Shown here one piece after another: positions 56,201 to 64,000 of a stretch of DNA of 64,000 bases (positions are counted from its first letter, which is position 1; each line of letters opens with the position of its first letter). Source of the stretch: the human T2T-CHM13v2.0 reference genome, Homo sapiens; the NCBI RefSeq assembly GCF_009914755.1, contig NC_060932.1; one strand, written 5' to 3'. A model generated the notes under the pieces. That model saw only the letters and a list, made by a program, of their open reading frames with translations. It was not told where the DNA came from and did no database searches. Made by a program: the position numbers and the translations under genes.

Positions 56201-59200
56201 CACTTTCTTTCCTGAACTTGCCTAGGTTTACTTGGCTAGGTGTGCAGGCTTGGGTTTGAGGGCCAGCTTCCTCAGCTCAGATGTACTTCATATAGTAGGA
56301 AGAATGAAGTCAGACTGAAGAGGTTCCTTCATGATTACATAGGAGCCAGCAAGAGGGAACTGTAGACAACTCAGAGAAGCAATTTCAGAAGAGATAGAAT
56401 GAAAGGGTCATGTAAACCTAAGTCCACATATGCACCAAGTGCTCTGTGATTGAGAACTGGCCAGAAGCGGCAGTGCTTAGCAGTCTCTGCTAAAGTGAAA
56501 TACATCAGGTATGTAAGTCTTGATGTCAGAGGAAACAAGCAAAGTGTGACATCCCATTGTCCAGGAGAGATTAGTACAGATTTGAGCCTTTAACAATGTT
56601 CCCTCTATGTGAGCTGTTAAGACAGTCTTCATCAGGTCTCGGCTGATTAGGGCCTGCCTAGGAAAATAACTTGGAGTCTGCCTTCACTCATCTTTTGCAG
56701 CTGTTTGTTACCAGGCTTAGAGTTAAGATAAATGTGGAATAGTGTCCAACTCCTATAAAAACAGCCCCTGATGTGTGGGACTCTTGACTGGAGGGGCAGT
56801 GACAGTTGCCGGCAGCTCTGGTACCTATGTGGCTAGAAAGTAGTAAGACATCAGTGAGACATGGAGCCCAAAACTGGTTTCAAGATGACCTATGTGCACT
56901 TGGCTTTTGTCCATGGCCACTGTGTGTGCCTCATGTAGGAGACAGGACACAGAGGGAGTTGTGTCTTTGAGTAGTTCCTGGCTTTCCCTGTGAGATGAAG
57001 ACATTAAAGATCTTCTGTCCTAGATCCATTTATAAAACCTATATTCAATTAAAGCTGAGTGTCACCTCACTTAGCACCTGACTTATTGCTACAGCTGCAT
57101 GTATGTACAATGCTCACCTCAGGATAGGGGTGGTGGTGGGAGTTATCCCCAGTGCCTGTGTCTGAGATGCTGGCCTCAAAGTGATTCTTTCCCCTGGCTA
57201 CATGTGGAGGCTGGGATTGGGTCAGCTTCCTCCAGATACATAAAAGATTATTTTGTTGGCCTGTTTTCCATCTGGGCTCATATTCCTGAAACTGTACAAT
57301 ATTCCTTTATTGTACAATTTGTCTTCAAAGTATCTCATGACCCTACTGCAGGATATGGTCAGAAACTCATGGAAATCTTCCATGTCCTGGCCAAGCATTG
57401 TTGATCTTATTTTCTGATCCTTTTCAAAACTGTCCTCAAGTGTGCCTCTGAGAGGGTGGCAGCATAGGTGAAAAACTCCTTGAATCGTCGTGAATAGAAA
57501 ATGCATTTCAGCTGGTATCTTGTCAGTTCTCAAGTTGGTTCACGTGAAGCTGATTCAACTCTTAAGTACCTAGATGATGGGACAATCTCACGACTCAGTA
57601 GTTAGGCAACCAGTAAAGGCTAAAATATTAGAATCCATATGGGTAAAGACTAATTTTCTGGAGACTTTTTGGGAAGAGCCTTCTTGCCATGGTGCAAAGA
57701 ACATCTGTCCAGATGCTATTTGGCAATTTCCAGACAAGGCTTAACAAGGAATGGAGGGATCCAAAGATCATCTGTTTCCCATAACATTGTGTTTTTAGTT
57801 TAATGGTAGTCTAGGTAGTAGTAAGAGTCCTTGGATCAGGAGTCTGGGAAGTATGAAGGCTCTTTATCTACCCCTAAGTTGTATTCTTTCCTCATAGCAG
57901 AGGAAAGTCTTGTTTCCATGGGGGATTTGCATGGATAGGGGCTGCAGTTTACCGGCCAGGCAAATGATACTATAAAGTAGACCCATATTGTGATTCTTTT
58001 CAACAAAAGGAGCTAATAAGATAGTTTCCAGACCACAGATTCCATTATCAAAGCTGGTGATTATGAAACTGAAGCCTGTGGAGTGATATGAGGGTTGGAA
58101 GGAGGTAGAAGTTGTTGATCCCTGGAAGGACAACTTCTGTGGGAAGCTTATAAACCAGGAGGTGCTGATGTTGCTTGCTGGTGGTCATACCTACTCCTCA
58201 CCTAGGCTCTAGCAGGATTGCCTGGTCTTGGTTATCAATCAGTCAAAATCATCAACTCCCATAGGACACCTAATTGACACTCCCAACTGGCACTTTTTGA
58301 CTAGCAGATATCGAGGACTCTAAAGAGTCCTTGCTACTGCCATGATTCACTTCACTGATCCGGTTAATTTGTCCCATGTGTGCTTCAGATACACTTTGTG
58401 CTTCAGAGGTTTGACTTAATATATATTGACTTACAGTTGTCTTCCAATATCAAATCTTAGCCACTGTCTCTTCAGATGTCTCCCTCTGTCCTTCAGGTGA
58501 TCCATTTATACATGTATTAGGCCACTTTTGCCTGCAACTTACTGTTCTGTTCATGTATATTTATCTGCATGTCATTTTGGATATTTTCTATTGCTGTCCT
58601 TAAGTTCAATAATCTTCCTCTATGATCTCATCTTCACATCCACTGATTTCTACATGCTCATAAAATATGTGTAGACTTCATCTCTAAAATTTTTAGCTCA
58701 TTTTTGCCATGTATGTCTTAAATATAGCTTTTCAATACATGGAACAAAGTTATAACAAGTTACATAACTTAATGTTATCTATCTCTCTTTACAATTGAGT
58801 TTTGCTCATGTTACAGACAAGGAAGACTGGTTCCCAATGTATTCTCAAGGTTGAATAATGGGTTGGGCTATTTCTTATACCCAACTGAAATCTAAATTCA
58901 AACTAAGATAGTCCAAGGAAGCAAATGCTGCTTCTCTTCCCTTACCAGCCTCATTTAGAACTGCATCTTTATGGGGAAATATCTATTGAAATGGTATGTG
59001 GTGGAACTTCAGAGTTTGAGCAGCTTACCTGTATCTACTGATGTGGCTATTGGTCCTGTCTCACAGAAGTGAAGGAATGGACTAGTCAGTCATGGCGCAC
59101 ACTTTCAGCATACATTTTCCAGGTACTGTACCAACTTGCTGTCTTCTGCGTCCAGTCGATGGGAGAACTTGGTAGAAGACTGAGAATGCAAGGAAATGAA

Positions 59201-61710
59201 GTATCAAGGTGCTTCAATGCCTCATTGCCTCAGACCATGTTTTAGAGTCTGCTGCATGTCTCCAGCATCATGAAACAGGACAATCATGGTGTCATTGTTC
59301 CAGGAGGAGGCTCTACCCTTGGGCTTCAAATCACTGAGTGTCCAATCAGCCTGGGAATGGCTGCAAATGAGTTGCCTTTCTTGGAGACCAGGCACATTCC
59401 TTTGCATGGAATTTTGGTTCACAGTATTATAAGTAACCACATACTTCCTCAGGAATAGTGAGGGAACATTCAGCTTTCCTCTAATTGTTTAATATAAAAC
59501 TATTATAGATGTCTGGAATTGCATACACCTTATCCATGTTCAGGGCTAGCTCATATGTTTTCTTCATATAGGTAAAATTAAGGAAAAATGTCTTCTGCTT
59601 TAAAAACACAACACCTTGCCTCTGCGAGCCTCAGAATTAGACCTCTGAGTCTTAACAATGATGTTTTATAGTAGTTTCATCATGGGACTCTGTACTTCAA
59701 AGAGGATTTAGGGTTCTAGGTTCATACCTCTCCCCAGAAATACTAAGAAATTTCCCAATACTAAGACTAGTGGACATCTGGAGCCATGCACATATTGTAG
59801 CCTATGAGATGGCTTGCCTATCAAATGAGCTCAGCCTCCACTGGGCTTTTCAGGAGTATATTCTAGATTGCTGATGATTCAGGAGGTTCTGAAGGCCAGA
59901 TAGTGTCACTGACTGAAATGAGTTCCAGGTTTAGTTCTTATTAATATGAAATAGACTAAAGTTATCCTTGGCCTTGGAGCTGACTTTGTTCATTAGGACA
60001 GTCTAAGATGGGCAGCAGTGGGAACAGGAGATAGAGAAGGCTTTAAACTGAAGAGGGGCAATGTTAAGTCTTGTGTCCATTTCTTAGACAAGCTTGGTTC
60101 AGAAGACGGTTTACCAAAAACACCCTGTGTGACCACTTGATGTTGTGCTCAATGAAACAGTGTGGTCTACCACCTGGTCCTTCCCTGCCCTTCGTTACTA
60201 GATTCATAGGTCTTTGTTGGTTATTTACTACTGGGTGTGGGGCCCAGATTCAGGAATTCATGCTTTTGTAATTTCCTTCAGCAAAGTTACTGGCAAACTA
60301 GTGTAGAAACTCTTAATTCCTGCAGAGATCAAGGGTTGGTATATGTTATGAAGAATGTTAAAAACACAAGTCATTTTAATCTTCCCCATAAACATGTCTA
60401 CCTATCTTAGAAATGTACACTTAAATAGTAAAAACTAGATCACTACAACTTTTTAGATTCAGGGGTACATGTGCAGTTCGTTATGTAGGCATATTTCATG
60501 ATGCTTGGGTGTAGAGTATATATGGTCCTATCACCCAACTACTGAGCCTAGTACCCAATAGGTAGCCTTTCATCCCTTGCTCCCTCTCCTAGTAGTCCCC
60601 AGTGTTTATCGTTCCGGTCTTTATGTCCATGTGTATCCAGTGCTTAGCTCCTGTTTACAAGTGAACACGTGGTATTTGATTTCCTGTTCCTGTATAATTT
60701 GCTTAGGATGATAGCCTCCAGCTCCATCCACGTTGCTGCAAAGGATGATGCCTTACTGCTTTGTCCCTTCTAGCTTCATAGACTTCTGGTTTCTTGGACT
60801 TTACCCCTTGGGTTTTTTTGTTGTCTTGTGTTTTTTTTAAGCCTGAGTTTGTTCCTGGCTTTATTTTCAAAGGCTGTGCTAGAAATGCTTTGCATGAGCC
60901 CTGATCTTATTGCATTATTGAAGAAATACACTGTCACCTATGACCTACTTAGCTATATAATTGATGGAAAGGGAAGATGGGAATTAAGCAAGGTCTAATA
61001 GGGTCTGACTTCTTCAGGACTGTAAAAGATATTGGAGAGTCTCCAATTAGATGTCTTCTCTGGAGATACCTTTTTCTCCATTATGTAAGACAGGGATGAT
61101 CAGGCTGCCTGTGATGAATGGACCTCCAGTATCATGATGAATAAGAATGTTCTAGCCAGTTGTAGACACTAACATCCCTTCCATGACAGTCATCGACTAG
61201 TTGTCATGCCCAAGCAGACCCCAAAGGCAGCCAGGCTTGTCCTCGATGCTACCTCCATGATTTTTTTCCTGGGATTCTAATGCTAGGTGGACATCAAGGA
61301 TGACTTGGGCAAATGAACTAATAGCTCATAAGGGATCTTCTATCAATTTGAGAAGTGCTTTTAGTTCCACATGTGAAGGTTCACATAAATATACTATCTG
61401 ACATAGGACTACATAATTGGGTTTCTGTAAAGATTTAAGATGGTAGGAACAGGTAGCCCTGAAAGAGACTAGCAGACTAAAATCCTGGCACAGAGGGAAG
61501 GATTCCAACAGATATGGCCTTTCCAAATTCTCTTCACACGGGCAAGTGCTTACAAAACAGTGGACAACCCACAGGGTGCTTTGCATTTTTTCTTTGAGTA
61601 TTTTTAAAATCCCCTATTCAGACAAGTTGGATATGTTTTTCCCCTGTGGCAACATTAGCAATGCAGGGTTGAATCTGGCACTTCTGGACGTGCCCAGGTT
61701 TACATGGTTC
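56200..61710 (+). repeat. Tandem array family 2, unit 3 (internally deleted)
   Basis: Anchors gatatggtcagaa, cttgtttccatg, acagattccattatcaa, agcagctt, ctccccagaaa, aggttcacataaa shared with unit 1. Confidence 0.85.
60447..60745 (-). mobile_element. L1PB/old L1PA 3' end
   Basis: ttagattcaggggtacatgtgcag...tagtacccaataggtag...ctccagctccatcca. Confidence 0.88.
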
Positions 61711-61714
61711 ATGT

Positions 61715-62097
61715 GACTAGAGTCTGAAGTTCTATGACAGGCTTTCTGCAAGCTGGAGACCTGGGATGCTGATAGCATGGCTCAGTCTACATCTGAAAGC
61801 CTGAGAACCAGGGGATCTGCTGAACTAATACTAGAGTCTAAAGGCTAGAGAGCCCGAAATTCTTATTTCACAATAGTGTATCCCAGTTTCACGGGGAAGA
61901 GTGAATTTTCCTTCTCTCAATTCTATCCAGACGCCAGCTGGTTGGATGGTGCCCGCTTACATTGAGAACAGATCTTGCTCAGACTCACATGTCAATCTCC
62001 TCTGGAAACACCTACAGAGATACTAGAAAGAATGCTTTACCAGTTATTGAAGTATCCCTTAACCCAGTCAGATTGATACCTAAAACTAACCATCAAA
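61715..62097 (-). mobile_element. MLT2B-like 3' LTR of an ERVL provirus
   Basis: tctgcaagctggagacc...aatctcctctggaaacacc...aaccatca. Confidence 0.85.
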
Positions 62098-64000
62098 AGT
62101 CTACTCCTTATCAGCTTAGCCACCCATAAGCACCTCTTTAAACTACATCTAACTTCCAAATAAAGACAATAAGATAATTGTTTCACCTAATATGATACAA
62201 CTATCATGCATAAAACTAAAAATGCACTAATGCCTTAGAGAAGGTAGAGTTGTTGGATGATTCTTATGATACTCCATAACTTAAATACTATGATGAATAA
62301 TTAATATGCAAACACAATATAAAGTCAAATCTTCCAAGATAAAGGAATAAGAGGAATGAAAACAAAGGTATTTACTTTATGCATATATATACAAAGAATA
62401 GGAAGAAGATATGCGTGACAACTAGTCTTACTTCCTGTAATTGGTCGTGTGTTCATAGCTGACATTTATAACCAGGATTCTACTACCCATTCTGTATCTT
62501 CTTTACCTCCCAGATGTATCTCAACTGGTCATGGTTCTTTACCTGATGGGGCAACCCAAATTTGTATTCAGTCTGGACCATTCCTAGTCTTTCCTGGATA
62601 CGGTTGCTGTAATTTTCCAATGACATTAATCACAAGGCATGGTAACACTAAGATGTTCTAAGGACTCTCCTGTATTCCAGACATACTCTTCCTTAATTCC
62701 ATTGTGGAATAGCATTTTGATGTCCCCTTGGCAGTTTGGATTAGTTACCCCAGCCAATGCTAACTCCTGTATTAGCCTGTTGACTGAGGTATGAGAAGCT
62801 GAGATGGCTGGGTGGCAGTCTTGTCTTACAGTTCAGTGGAATCATTGTCTCCTGGTGGAAGCATTCCTCCCTCTGAAACTAAGACCTCTAGGCCAGCAGA
62901 GCATAAATTTGCAAGAACAGGAAGCAAAAGCTTTGCTAGTGAGTGTCCACCACGGGTAATGGTGAAATAGTACCACTCCCATGTCCGCTCCTTGATTCCT
63001 GAACCCTGTGAATCCTGACTATCAGAGTTCCATTTCAATACGATATATATTGGATGCTGATTCAGAGCATATACAGCCTTCTGAAGACCCTTGTCCTAAC
63101 CCTATGAATTATTGTCACCTAGCTGGAACTGGAGATGTTTTGAAAAGGCTTTTCTGCTATTAAGCCAGCTGTTTTAGGATGGTGGGGAACATGGTAACAC
63201 CAGTGACTTCCATAAAAACGGGCCTGTTGCTGCACTACTTTGGCTGTGAACTGATTCCTTGGTCAGAAGCAGTGCTATGTGAAAGGACATGGCAGATAAG
63301 GCATCCTGTGATTCCATGGATAGTATTTTGTGGAAGAAGCATTGCATGCAGGGAAAGCAAATCCACATCCAGAGTAACTGTCTATTCCAGTAAGAACAAA
63401 ATGCTGTCCATTCTATAACAGAAGTGGTCCAATGAAATCAACCTGCCACTAGGTAGCTGGTTGATTACCCTGGGGAAATGGCACCATACTGGGGGCTCAG
63501 TGTTGGTCTCTGCTGCTGTCAGATTGGGCTCTCAGTGGAGGAAGTCTGTTAAGCCCATGTATAACCTCAATGTTTGCCACCATGGCCACTCCAAGTTCAT
63601 TGAGCAATTACAGTGGTGGCTGGGAAAAGAGGCTAACCCAGTATCCACATAACGGGTCCTTTCTATCCACCTGATCGTTAGTTTTTCTCTGCCAAGATCA
63701 CACCTCAGCGTTCACATGGGACACAAGTATCTTTACATCGTTTGCTTATGCAGATCTCTCCACTTACCATTTCCCTAAGTCTGTCAATTTTCCAGTTACT
63801 TTCCTTCCAAGTTCCTAATCATCTAGCCAAACCACTGGCTATAGCACATCTGTCCATTTCTCCTTCCAAAGTGCACAACCAGGTGAGCTGCCTGGGATTC
63901 TGCCCATCAGGAAAACTTCCTTCACCATTGTCCTTCAAGGATGTCCCAGAAAGGAGCTATAGTTATCTGCTTATGGGTGGTGCCTTCATATTGTGCAGAA
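62098..64000 (-). mobile_element. ERVL internal region (dUTPase/integrase), degenerate, runs past the window end
   Basis: Minus peptide LCSAGLEVLVSEGGMLPPGD resembles ERVL dUTPase; integrase-like motifs; many stops. Confidence 0.88.

Noticed and set aside
56754-56761. TATAAAAA as a promoter
   Set aside because: Isolated motif not evidently retained in the paralogous unit-1 region; no other support.

Overview
Primate (probably human or great-ape) non-coding DNA; no intact host protein-coding gene, tRNA, rRNA or CRISPR array could be supported. About 1-29 kb is ordinary transposon debris: Alu, L1 (including a 5'-truncated L1PA that gives the only long ORF), L2, MIR, MaLR and ERVL LTRs and internal pieces, and Tigger4. 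About 29-62 kb is different. It is mostly non-TE sequence built from two families of old local duplications. One is a ~2.2-kb unit at ~30.2 and ~34.0 kb whose 5' ~150 bp is unusually conserved and promoter/CTCF-like. The other is a degenerate tandem array of three partial ~7-8-kb units at ~43.5-61.7 kb. This half also has younger inverted repeats with template-switch scars (33.1-33.7 kb, 37.1-39.2 kb), a perfect 20-bp VNTR at an L1 junction, and an almost uniform minus orientation of later TE insertions. My best inference, unproven, is a long + strand non-coding transcription unit such as a pachytene-piRNA-cluster-like or lncRNA locus. TE subfamily calls are from memory of consensus sequences and identities are estimated by eye.
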